A stretch of DNA of 64,000 bases from Macrostomum lignano (Eukaryota): the NCBI GenBank assembly GCA_002269645.1, contig NIVC01003923.1, positions 5,457 to 69,456 on the forward strand, written 5' to 3'. The translations under genes and the position numbers were made by a program. Below, one piece after another: positions 14,001 to 32,697 of the stretch. The notes under the pieces were generated by a model, which worked only from the letters and a program-made list of their open reading frames with translations, did no database searches and was not told where the DNA came from. How positions within the stretch are numbered: position 1 is the stretch's first letter; each line of letters opens with the position of its first letter.

Positions 14001-17000
14001 CAGACTCCAGTTGCGCACCATGATGAAGGCGTTGGCGATGGCGAACGACAGGAAGAACGCGCAGGTGATCATCTGCGGGCGCAGGGGGCTGTCGAAGGCC
14101 TGGCGGCCGGCGTCGGCCATCACGGTCAGCATGACGGTGAGGTTGACAGCGAAGCCGATGTTCAGCACAGTCTCCGACAGGGACAGCAGCAGCAGCAGGC
14201 GGCCCATGATGACATTTTTCTTGTCCAGAATGAATACTATGAGGGAGAAACCGTTGGTCAGGGCGTTCAGGTAGCTCAGAACGCAAGCGATGTACAAATA
14301 GACGTTGGCGGCGCCGCCAGCGGGGCCTTCCGAGCTGCCGGAGTCGTTCAGGCAGCTGCCGTTGACAGCCACATAGGCGAGCATCGCTGCTGAGCTGAGC
14401 TGATTCTCACTGAACTGAACTGGGAGCTGAGAATCGAACCTGAGCAGTCCGCTGGTTGGCCTTCTCGGCTCTCCGCCCTGATGGATTTTTCTAGTCCTCC
14501 ACTTCAGCGAAGTCTCAGCCTCCGCCAATCCGCCCCCGGCTCGCTTGTCCTTCACAGCCAATGGCCGGGCTCCCAGACAACAGCTGGGCACTTTAATCTG
14601 TCGGATTTGGCAGCGGCTCAAAATCCAGTTTTAAATCCTTTAAAGCTGTTTGAAGTCTCAAGGCTGACATCAAACTGTCGTATTGCTTTTGCAGCTCATC
14701 CATAATGCACCACGCACAATAGGCTAATGAAAATGAACGAAGCACTGTACCAAGGCTCTGGACGGCTTATGGCTCAGATGGGATTAAGGACTTGAAATTA
14801 GGGAATTCGCCCTTTCTGTCTGATTGAATCATGCGGTTCTCCTCAGGTCAAAGGGAGCCGCCAACTTCATGGGAGATTTGCGTCAGCCTGACCGCCTGTT
14901 CTGATTCCGCTTTTGCTGCCAAACTTTCTTCGAGCTAATTATAAAAGCATGAGCAAGCTCGACAACACTGCTGGATGTACTTTTAAAATATTACTGGCTT
15001 ATTTTTATAAGCCAGTGTTTTACTAGCAATTGTTATTAAAATCTGCGGGTCAGTGCACCCCCTGGGAGAGGTGTTTGCCGCCTAATTAATCAGATTCTTA
15101 TCCGAGCGGTAAGATACGGATGACGCTGTCGAAATTGCTGGCATAATTGCACTGCTCCGCATCCGTGCATTTTTGTTGAAGGAAATCCCAAGCCTAGGTG
15201 GTAATGAGAGACTTCGCGACTTTGGGAATAATAATGTGTGCGCTAATTCAAAAGTGTTAAGTCTTGATCCAAACTAATCCCTGAGTAAGAGTTCCGTGAT
15301 CACCTTCTTGTGCATGCCGTTCATTGCAAACGGCACAGTCAATAACACCTTACAGTCCATGCACCTGACACAATGAAGTACGTGACTCGCACAATACCTC
15401 ACACAGTTCTCAAAATTCATCACACACCTCACACAACCCATCACACACCTCACACAACCCATCACACACCTCACAGAACCCATCACCTCATCACCTCAAA
15501 ACCCACCACACACACCTTACACAACCCACCATACACCTTAAAACCTATCACACACCTCAAAACCCATCACACAACTCAAAATCCATCACACACACCTCAA
15601 AACCCATCACACACCTCAAAACCCATCACACACCTCAAAACCCATCACACACCTCAAAACCCATCACACACACCTCAAAACCCATCACACACCTCAAAAC
15701 CCATCACACACCTCAAAACCCATCACACACCTCAAAACCCATCACACACCTCAAAACCCATCACACACCTCAAAACCCATCACACACACCTCAAAACCCA
15801 TCACACACCTCAAAACCCATCACACACCTCAAAACCCATCACACACACCTCAAAACCCATCACACACACCTCAAAACCCGTCACACACCTCAAAACCCAT
15901 CACACACACCTCAAAACCCATCACACACACCTCAAAACCCGTCACACACCTCAAAACCCATCACACACACCTCAAAACCCATCACACACCTCAAAACCCA
16001 TCACACACACCTCAAAACCCATCACACACCTCAAAACCCATCACACACCTCAAAACCCATCACACACCTCAAAACCCATCACACACACCTCAAAACCCAT
16101 CACACACACCTCAAAACCCGTCACACACCTCAAAACCCATCACACACACCTCAAAACCCATCACACACCTCAAAACCCATCACACACACCTCAAAACCCA
16201 TCACACACCTCAAAACCCATCACACACACCTCAAAACCCATCACACACACCTCAAAACCCATCACACACACACACCTCAAAACCCATCACACACACCTCA
16301 AACAAACCATGACGCACCTCAAACAACCAATCACACCTCACATAGCCGTCGCACACCTCACACAACTCATCACACACATCGCAACCTATCGCGCACCTCA
16401 AACAACCAATCACACCTCACATAGCCCGTCGCACACCTCACACAACTCATCACACACATCGCAACCTATCGCGCACCTCACCCGCAGCGGGTCAGCGGGC
16501 GCGCAGACGTGTTCATCAGCTACTGCTGGGCGAACTCGCAGGAGGCGGTCAAGGCAGGCCACGGCAAGGCCACCAGCCGCTCCATCGGGTTTGGCGATCC
16601 CCGGAAACTCAAGAAGCACCTGGAGGAAGCCGGCGGCCTTTCCTGCTGGATTGACATCGAACGGCTGGGCGAGAACGGCATGTTTGAGGACCTCTGCCAG
16701 GGACTCAAGGCCTGCAAGCTGGTGGTGGCCTGCCTCTCCGATGAGGTGAGAACTGCTCGCGACTTTTGGCATTAGAATGCATGCTTTTGATTACGAGCGT
16801 ATTATTCAACTCTAAATATTTGCAGCTCACTGTGAATCTCTACAGCTCACTGTGAGTTTATGCAGCTCACTGTGAATCTCTGCAGATCACTGTGAATCTC
16901 TGCAGCTCACTGTGAATCTCTGCAGCTCACTGTAAATCTCTGCAGCTCACTGTGAATTTATGCAGCCCCTATTAGCGCAAAAAATATCGCTTGCAAAATC

Positions 17001-20000
17001 ATCCGCAATGCTTTCTGAAGCTAAAAGTACAAAAACTTTTCCCCAATCGCAGTACGTGGCATCGAAGAACTGCCAGATGGAGTATCGCTTTGCTCACCTG
17101 ACGCTCAACCGGCCCATGGTGATCTGCGTTGTGGGCACCGGCGTGCTGTGGGAGTCCACTGAGGTGAGCGGGGGCGACTGCGGAGTCTGGGGGGGGGCAG
17201 TTGGAACTCGAACGGGAGATAAGGAATGGGAACTGAGGTATGAGATGAGAGCAGAGATGAAGTGAGAAACTTAGCTGAGAGGAGAAATGACATGAAGGTA
17301 GAAACAGGTGAGAGTAAAATGAGATGAAAAGCGGAGGAAACAGGTGAGAGTAAAATGAGATGAAAAGCGGAGGAAACAGGTGAGAGTGAAATGAGATGAA
17401 GGGAGAACAGGTGAGAGTGAAATAAGATGAAGGGAGGAACATGTAAGAGTGAAATTAGATGAAGGGAGGAACATGTAAGAGTGAAATTAGATGAAGGTAG
17501 AAGGAACAGGTGAGAGGAGAAATGAGATGAAGGTAGAAACAGGTGAGAGTGAAATGAGATGAAGGGAGGAGGAACAGGTGAGAGTGAAATGAGAAGGGAG
17601 GAACAGGTGAGAGGAGAAATGAGAAGGGAGGAACAGGTGAGGGGAACAGGTGAGAGGAGAAATGAGAAGGGAGAAACAGGTGAGAGGAGAAATGAGAAGG
17701 GAGAAACAGGTGAGAGGAGAAATGAGAAGGGAGGAACAGGTGAGAGGAGAAATGAGAAGGGAGAAACAGGTGAGAGGAGAAGTGAGAAGGGAGGAACAGG
17801 TGAGAGGAACAGGTGAGAGGAGAAGTGAGAAGGGAGGAACAGGTGAGAGGAACAGGTGAGAGGAGAAGTGAGAAGGGAGGAACAGGTGAGAGGAACAGGT
17901 GAGAGGAGAAGTGAGAGGAGAAATGAGAAGGGAGGAACAGGTGAGGGGAGAAATGAGAAGGGAGGAACAGGTGAGAGGAGAAATGAGAAGGGAGGAACAG
18001 GTGAGGGGAGAAATGAGAAGGGAGGAACAGGTGAGGGGAGAAATGAGAAGGGAGGAACAGGTGAGAGGAGAAATGAGAAGGGAGGAACAGGTGAGAGTGA
18101 AATGAGAAGGGAGGAACAGGTGAGGGGAGAAATGAGAAGGGAGGAACAGGTGAGAGGAGAAATGAGAAGGGAGGAACAGGTGAGAGGAGAAATGAGAAGG
18201 GAGGAGCCAGTGAAAAGTGAAAGGAGTGAGGAAAAGGTGAAATAAGATACAAAGTGGCTGGAAAGAAGGAAAGCGGAAATCGATTCCCAGGACAGTGGAA
18301 ACTATGAAACGAGGTTTTCACTCAGTCCCAGTTCAGGTGGCCCTGCAGTGGGGTCTCGGCCCAGCTTAGCATAAATCTTCTTTCAGCGCATCGCAGCCCG
18401 GCAGCCACCCACACGCAAGCAGCCGGACTGCTTTTGGCTTTGGTCTGACCCTTATGTGAAATTTTTCCTTAACGTGAGATTCGATGCACTTTAATTCGAA
18501 TCCGCTGTTTCATGTTTTTTTATAAATTCTGAAAGCAGTCTTAGATAAATAAACTAAAGAACTTGAAATCTGGTGAGATTGGTATCTAATCTAGAGATAT
18601 TGATATCTAGTCTAGTGAGATTAGCATCTAGTCTAGTGAGATTAGCATCTAGTCTGGTGAGATTGGCATCTAGTCTAGTGAGATTAGCATCTAGTCTAGT
18701 GAGATTGGCATCTAGTCTAGTGAGATTAGGATCTAGTCTAGTGAGATCTAGTCTAGTGAGATTGGTATCGAGTCTAGTGAGATTGGCATCTAGTCTAGTG
18801 AGATTAGCCTCTATTCTAGTGAGATTGGCATCTAGTCTAGTGAGATTAGCCTCTATTCTAGTGAGATTGGCATCTAGTCTAGTGAGATTAGTCTCTATTC
18901 TAGTGAGATTGGCATCTAGTCTAGTGAGATTAGTCTCTATTCTAGTGAGATTGGTATCTAGTCTAGTGAGATTGGTATCTAGTCTAGTGAGATTGGTATC
19001 TAGTCTAGTGAGATTGGTATCTAGTCTAGTGAGATTGGTATCTAGTCTAGTGAGATTGGTATCTAGTCCAGTGAGATTGGTATCTAGTCTAGTGAGATTG
19101 GTATCTAGTCTAGTGAGATTGGCATCTAGTCTAGTGAGATTGGTATCTAGTCTAGTGAGATTGGTATCTAGTCTAGTAAGATTGGTATCTAGTCTAGTGA
19201 GATTGGTATCTGTGGTGTCTCAACAGACTATCACGGGAAACACGAGTACGTGGCAGGTAAGACTTTTGCCGGAAAAAAAAGGTACGAGCTCCACTTAGGG
19301 CAACCCGCGCTTATATTTGATATTTAACAGTAAATTGTTACACGATCGATAAATTCAACCGCCAAAATGTCACGTGATTAAAAATACGTTTCACAATACA
19401 ATATACGAATTATTTATTAACTGCATTACTTAAAGTAGAGTAGTAAGAAAAAGTAAGAAAAGGTTAGTTAGACGAACGGCCCTTTTACGGGCTCCTTGTC
19501 ACGACACAACAGTATCTAGTCTAGTGAGATTGGTATCTAGTCTAGTGAGATTGGTATCTAGTCTAGTGAGATTGGTATCTAGTCTAGTGAGATTGGTATC
19601 TAGTCTAGTGAGATTGGTATCTAGTCTAGTGAGATTGGTATCTAGTCTAGTGAGATTGGTATCTAGTCTAGTGAGATTGGTATCTAGTCTAGTGAGATTG
19701 GTATCTAGTCTAGTGAGATTGGTATCTAGTCTAGTGAGATTGGTATCTAGTCTAGTGAGATTGGTATCTAGTCTAGTGAGATTGGTATCTAGTCTAGTGA
19801 GATTGGTATCTAGTCTAGTGAGATTGGTATCTAGTCTAGTGAGATTGGTATCTAGTCTAGTGAGATTGGTATCTAGTCTAGTGAGATTGGTATCTAGTCT
19901 AGTGAGATTGGTATCTAGTCTAGTGAGATTGGTATCTAGTCTAGTGAGATTGGTATCTAGTCTAGTGAGATTGGCATCTAGTCTAGTGAGATTGGTATCT

Positions 20001-22209
20001 AGTCTAGTGAGATTGGTATCTAGTCTAGTGAGATTGGTATCTAGTCTAGTGAGATTGGTATCTAGTCTAGTAAGATTGGTATCTAGTCTAGTGAGATTGG
20101 TATCTAGTCTAGTGAGATTGGCATCTAGTCTAGTGAGATTGGTATCTAGTCTAGTGAGATTGGCATCTAGTCTAGTGAGATTGGTATCTAGTCTAGTGAG
20201 ATTGGCATCTAGTCTAGTGAGATTGGTATCTAGTCTAGTGAGATTGGTATCTAGTCTAGTGAGATTGAGAAAAGCATCTAATCTACCGAACCGACAACCC
20301 CGGCAGATCGGCATGATGTCGCTCGGTCATCCAAAGGTGAACTTCCAAGCTGCCAGCGAATCCTGCTACGACGCTCTGCTGAGCGCGGTGACGGAGACGC
20401 TGGAGAGGTACTACCCCATCAAACGGCCGGACAGCAAGGACAGTCTCCGCAAGCGGCGCAAAAGCAGCCTGAGCAGTCCGGGCGGAGGTGGCGCCATGTT
20501 CCAGGTGATGCGTTTTCTCTTGACTGGTTACCTATCTAGTACGAGATAATGATGGAGAGACAATGATTTTCTGGGGGGCTAGGGGCGCCCTGACGCAGCT
20601 TCGGTGACAACTGTCACAGTAAATGAGCACTCAAGCGCGTCAATGTTGTACGCAGACACGCACTCATGCACACTGGGTGCACAGCGGCTCCTGACTGAAA
20701 ACCGGCATGATATCCGAAAAACTACTTATAGTAGAAAGTAAATAAATAACTGTTATTTTTTCTGTTCCTAATTGGAAAACTGTCAAACATGGCTACAGGA
20801 ACTGATCGAGCTCGCCCAGCGCAAAGTCTACCGCCAGTTCTCCGGATTTCTCGACACGGCCGAGCAGTTTCCCTGCCTCATCGTGGCCGACATCTATACT
20901 GACTCTGTGAGTAGGCTCTGCCATTTCCCAGTCTACCATTTCCCAGTCTACCATTTCCCAGTCTACCATTTCCCAGTCTACCATTTCCCAGTCTACCATT
21001 TCCCAGTCTACCATTTCCCAGTCTACCATTTCCCAGTCTACCATTTCCCAGTCTACCATTTCCCAGTCTACCATTTCCCAGTCTACCATTTCCCAGTCTA
21101 CCATTTCCCAGTCTACCATTTCCCAGTCTACCATTTCCCAGTCTACCATTTCCCAGTCTACCATTTCCCAGTCTACCATTTCCCAATCTACCATTTCCCA
21201 ATCTACTATTTCCCAATCTACCGTTTTAGTCTGCCCGACAAGCTCTCCATCAATTTCCCAACCAATCATCCCTGTCGTCTCGGCCACTCCGCAGGACAAC
21301 CCGGCCGGCAGCCCGGACAAGGCCGAGTTCTCCGCCGTGGCCGCCTTCGCCGACGACGCGGCCGCGGACGAGCCGCCGTTGTCTGACGACGGCGTCGAGG
21401 ACGAGCCCCGCTTCCAGTTCCGGTTCCGCCTGCTCTGCGAGCACGAGGGCGGCTGGCACGCGGCCCCAGGCGCCGGCCTGCCGCTCCGCCTCGGCCGGGA
21501 TGCCGCCCTGCAGCTGCTGGGAGGCCTGGCGCCGCTGCTGCTCCGCCTGGCGTTGGTCCTCCGGCACAGCCGGCGCTCCGGCCTGGACACCGCGGCCGAC
21601 CTCGTGGCCGGCGGCCGCCTGCTCGACCACCTGCGCGCGGCAGCTGAGCGCGCCGGGCCCGAGGCCGACCTGCGTCAGCTGCACGCGGCGCTGCGCCAGC
21701 ACCTGCGCCGCCGGGACCCGGGCATCGCTGCCGGCCTACGCCGCTGCCACCTGCCGTCAGGAAAAATCCTCTGGCTGTGCCCGGAGCACCAGAGCCAGCC
21801 GAGGACCGTCGTGCTGGCGGACGCCACCACGGCCGTCCCTGCTGCTGACGCTGGTGACACTGCGGAGGACGAGGAGGAGGAGCTGCTGGCGCAGGTGCTG
21901 TCGGTGGTCGGCAGCGGCGCCGTCGCGTCTGTCGCTGCTGAATCGGCGGCTGCCGAGGCGGCCGAGCAGTCCAGCTCCAAGCGCAAGCTGGCCGTCGCTG
22001 GCCTCGGCCGCATCGACGAAGCCGTCGAGTCGCCGGAGCCGTCGGCCTCGGCTGCGTCCTCCGCTGCGGCGGCGGCGGCTGCGACGGCGGCGACACCCGT
22101 GAAGGATGCGCGGCAAGGCAGAGTCAACAGCCCCCCGGGCGTCAGGAAGCGGCCATTCAGCGCGCCGGCCGGGCAGGGCCAGAAGAGCCGCGCCTGCCAG
22201 CTGCTGTGA
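926..22209 (+). CDS. ROCO-family GTPase (Roc-COR-TIR-TIR-Cys/His module-CaaL), 5' part upstream of window; 14 exons, about 1158 aa in window
   Basis: Phase-consistent GT-AG exons: 926-1331, 5354-5460, 5538-5616, 6402-6548, 8075-8433, 8530-8677, 8749-8866, 10253-10442, 11762-12095, 16488-16745, 17053-17163, 20307-20504, 20799-20906, 21295-22209. Roc motifs TDGIDI, WDFAGQTLYYNTHQFFL, VVGTHCD, VSSASG; COR motifs VPEAWLNFE, FLHDMG, IINPQWL, FDLTFPL, YLPAGLF; TIR motifs DVFISYCW, CWIDIE, SKNCQME. The P-loop lies in an exon upstream of the window. Confidence 0.92.
1441..1878. repeat. 23-bp minisatellite
   Basis: (GGGAGGTCAGATTGTCCTGTACT)n. Confidence 0.95.
2130..2620 (-). mobile_element. Possible 5'-truncated LINE 3' end
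   Basis: GC-rich tract ending (minus strand) in an (ATCA)n tail. The upstream frame ends WPSIRDDALARSPSLQALKLRLG*, loosely like CR1/L2 ORF2 C-termini. Confidence 0.3.
3372..3905. repeat. Degenerate about 20-bp GA-rich repeat
   Basis: GAGATTAGATGGATTAGA(GA) variants. Confidence 0.85.
5645..6372. repeat. 12-bp minisatellite
   Basis: (AGCAGGATTAAC/AGCAGGGTTAGC)n inside the ROCO intron 5617-6401. Confidence 0.95.
6627..7172. repeat. 30-bp minisatellite
   Basis: (GAGTAGCTGTTGACCATTGAGCACAAAGTC)n. Confidence 0.95.
7745..7993 (-). mobile_element. tRNA-derived CORE-SINE, copy 1
   Basis: Minus strand reads TAGCCTAGAGGTTAGAGC (A box), GGTTCGATTCCC (B box), then GTGTCCTTGAGCAAGACACTT..CTGTAAAATGGG, matching the MIR/CORE domain pattern. 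A second copy lies at 53609. Confidence 0.85.
9172..9897. repeat. 55-bp minisatellite
   Basis: (CTCAGCATTGGGGCTGGACAACCGTCAGACAGTCAGTCCACAGTGCACACAGATA)n, about 13 copies. Confidence 0.95.
10426..11340 (+). repeat. 44/47-bp minisatellite containing the exon end and 5' splice site, 20 copies
   Basis: (CTGCCGGCTTATCTGT|GTGAGTATAGCAAGCGGCAGAGTTGAAG[ATA])n. The first unit overlaps the end of exon 10253-10442. Confidence 0.95.
13113..14384 (-). CDS. Intronless class A (rhodopsin-like) peptide-type GPCR, FMRFamide-receptor/Srw/PROF1-like, 423 aa, nested antisense in a ROCO intron
   Basis: Seven hydrophobic segments from the ATG at 14384; N-terminal N-glycosylation sites (NGS, NDS); TM3 RNWSLVMIAGSRC replacing DRY; APRLFE in TM4; CELP in TM6; NFIIY in TM7; helix-8 FRETV. 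Confidence 0.9.
   Translation of the reverse strand: MLAYVAVNGSCLNDSGSSEGPAGGAANVYLYIACVLSYLNALTNGFSLIVFILDKKNVIMGRLLLLLSLSETVLNIGFAVNLTVMLTVMADAGRQAFDSPLRPQMITCAFFLSFAIANAFIMVRNWSLVMIAGSRCEVVSNPFSTRRGQLFSHRRSQACYALTLILSLLVCAPRLFEFTWTICEYPAENNSTETTVYSLTTATHHILDKNPSYRHYKTLLVFPLQTIAPIFLISGLSLVIIFILRRRRLLQQNSGGSAGSGSGRGGGGASGSGSRSQDAATKTVMILMFSFIICELPTFLFFILNQTIFASMRGFNQIRMHTTFLANILLSADSFTNFIIYSSTSNTFRETVRQMLHLPDRRQGRSNNYNYNNNHLQNNNYSMLSREANALRRAEAAAAATAAPSHIEDAALAPLKWHPGGAD
15415..16480. repeat. 19/21-bp CA-rich minisatellite
   Basis: (CACACCTCAAAACCCATCA[CA])n, running up to the acceptor at 16487. Confidence 0.95.
16822..16965. repeat. 20-bp minisatellite
   Basis: (GCAGCTCACTGTGAATCTCT)n. 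Confidence 0.9.
17225..18240. repeat. 30-bp purine-rich minisatellite
   Basis: (GAGAGGAGAAATGAGAAGGGAGGAACAGGT)n variants. Confidence 0.9.
18568..20268. repeat. 21-bp minisatellite split by a solo LTR
   Basis: (TCTAGTCTAGTGAGATTGGTA)n at 18568-19210 and 19512-20268. Confidence 0.95.
19211..19511. mobile_element. Solo LTR (301 bp) inserted into a 21-bp minisatellite
   Basis: TGTGGTGTC..GACACAACA termini (8/9 inverted match); 5-bp TSD GTATC on both sides; shares AACGGCCCTTTTA and CACGATCGATAA with the large LTRs. Confidence 0.85.
20920..21218. repeat. 15-bp minisatellite
   Basis: (CCATTTCCCAGTCTA)n. Confidence 0.95.
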
Positions 22210-22244
22210 GGCGCGGACTGGGGGGGGGGGAATTCCGGATGGGA

Positions 22245-22690
22245 CTTAGCGATTTAGAATGAGAAGAGATTTAGAAGAGATTTAGAATGAGATTAGAGAT
22301 TCATAATGAGATTCAGATATTCAGAATGAGATTCAGAGATTCAGAATGAGATTCAGAGATTCAGAATGAGATTCAAAGATTCAGATAGAAATTCAGGGAT
22401 TCAGATTGAGATTTAGAGATTCAGAGTGAAATTCAAAGATTCAGAATGAGATTTAGAGATTTAGAATGAGATTTAGAGATTCAGAGTGAGATTCAAAGAT
22501 TCAGATAGAAATTCAGGGATTCAGATTGAGATTCAAAGATTCAGATAGAAATTCAGAGATTCATAATGGGATTCAGAGATTCACAATGAGATTCAGAGAC
22601 TCAGAATGAGGTTCAGAGATTCATAATGGGATTCAGAGATTCACAATGAGATTCAGAGACTCAGAATGAGATTCAGAGATTTAGACTGAG
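22245..22690. repeat. About 20-bp repeat in the ROCO 3' UTR
   Basis: (ATTCAGAGATTCAGAATGAG)n variants. Confidence 0.85.
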
Positions 22691-22696
22691 AGTATC

Positions 22697-22702
22697 AATA
22701 AA
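22697..22702 (+). terminator. Probable polyadenylation signal of the ROCO gene
   Basis: First AATAAA after the stop at 22209, following a repeat-filled 3' UTR. Confidence 0.55.
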
Positions 22703-23025
22703 ACTGTTTTCATTTTACGCTCATGAATATTTTAAAAGATGGGCTGATAACGTTATACACAGTAATTAATAATTTGACTTTTCCACTTTTGTCTAATCCG
22801 CGCACTCGTACTCGTAGCAGATTTTTACTCAACCAACGAAGCCTTAATCAATATTTTATCGTTTATCAGCCAACCAGTTATCATATTTACATATATGTTG
22901 TGCCTTGTGACCTTTTTGCAGTCCGAAGCTCAGTTGCCTGGCACTGTTAGTTGAGTAAAACAAAAAAGATTTGTTATACCTTTCAAAATCTAGTTTTTAA
23001 AATTAGTGAAGCTCCGAGACACGGT

Positions 23026-23922
23026 TCAAGACTGCCCTGCTCCTCCATTGTGCTTCGCAAGCTTACGATAAATTCTAGCTGTGATTTCCTGGCGGTTCTC
23101 TGATTTCAATTTTTTAATTTTTTGTCTGCAGCGCATGATGAGCTCGGCCATGATGTAGCACCTTTGCCTTACACAGAAATATATACTGAAATATTTATAT
23201 TGATAACTTTTAACTGATTTATAAGTTATATTACTATAGTATTTGATTTTAATTAGCTCTCGGAGCAGCTTAGTGGGTATGGCGTTGGTTCGATTCCGTG
23301 AGCAGCAAAATTTTTTGTTACAATTAATAAGGGTCTTTAGTAATGGCTCTTGAGAACGCACAGGGCTGATTGGGTTTTTTCCATAGACAAATTGCGTCGA
23401 GAGAAATGCAATTCCTCAAAAGAATGCTAAATTCACTACTGCAGCGATGCGACTAAAATATACAATCGACGTTCTTTACTGGCTCATTTCTAAGAAAGCC
23501 AAGTGTACCGTCTTTCCACTTAGTACTTCATCTGTCCATGGTTCTGAATAAGCGCAAGTTTTTAAAACAACTTACAGCACTACTCAGAGAAACAGCATAG
23601 AAATAAATGAATGAAAACAAAGGTTCTAAATTCGAATTAAAACAAAGGCATAACACTTTCAATTTATTTAGGCACTAGGAACAGAGAATATTCAAATAGG
23701 AGTTTCTGCTCAAGATACAAGGTTGACTCTGTTACATTGTTTAATGTACTTTACCAGCTTACCAATCATCTTACCTGGTTGAGTGTGATTCTACCGGATA
23801 TTTTGGTCGAAGTTTTGTACAAAGATTTAAGATACATTTTCAAATGCAATACGTCATTACGTTAAAAAACTTACCAAAATAATGGGATGAAGTCTTCTTT
23901 GCGGCCAGGAAATTACGCGCGT
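23026..23922 (-). CDS. Tentative terminal exons of the lectin/sushi gene
   Basis: Phase-compatible chain 23875-23922, 23480-23543, 23026-23185 gives DARNFLAAKKTSSHYFEPWTDEVLSGKTVHLAFLEMSHIYFCVRQRCYIMAELIMRCRQKIKKLKS..GQS*. The first acceptor is weak and no clear TM helix is present. Confidence 0.4.
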
Positions 23923-24005
23923 CTTTTATAAAGCTTGGCATGAAAAAATTACTCCGAAAACAGATTAATAGCGAAGAGAGGATCGAATATCCGTCATGCA
24001 CTTAC

Positions 24006-32697
<8,692 letters not shown>

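Noticed and set aside
13131-14286. Overlapping ORFs opposite and within the GPCR
   Set aside because: Shadow frames of a GC3-rich coding sequence.
20793-22127. Several long minus-strand and alternative-frame ORFs over the last ROCO exons
   Set aside because: High-GC shadow ORFs and the 15-bp repeat; no domain motifs.
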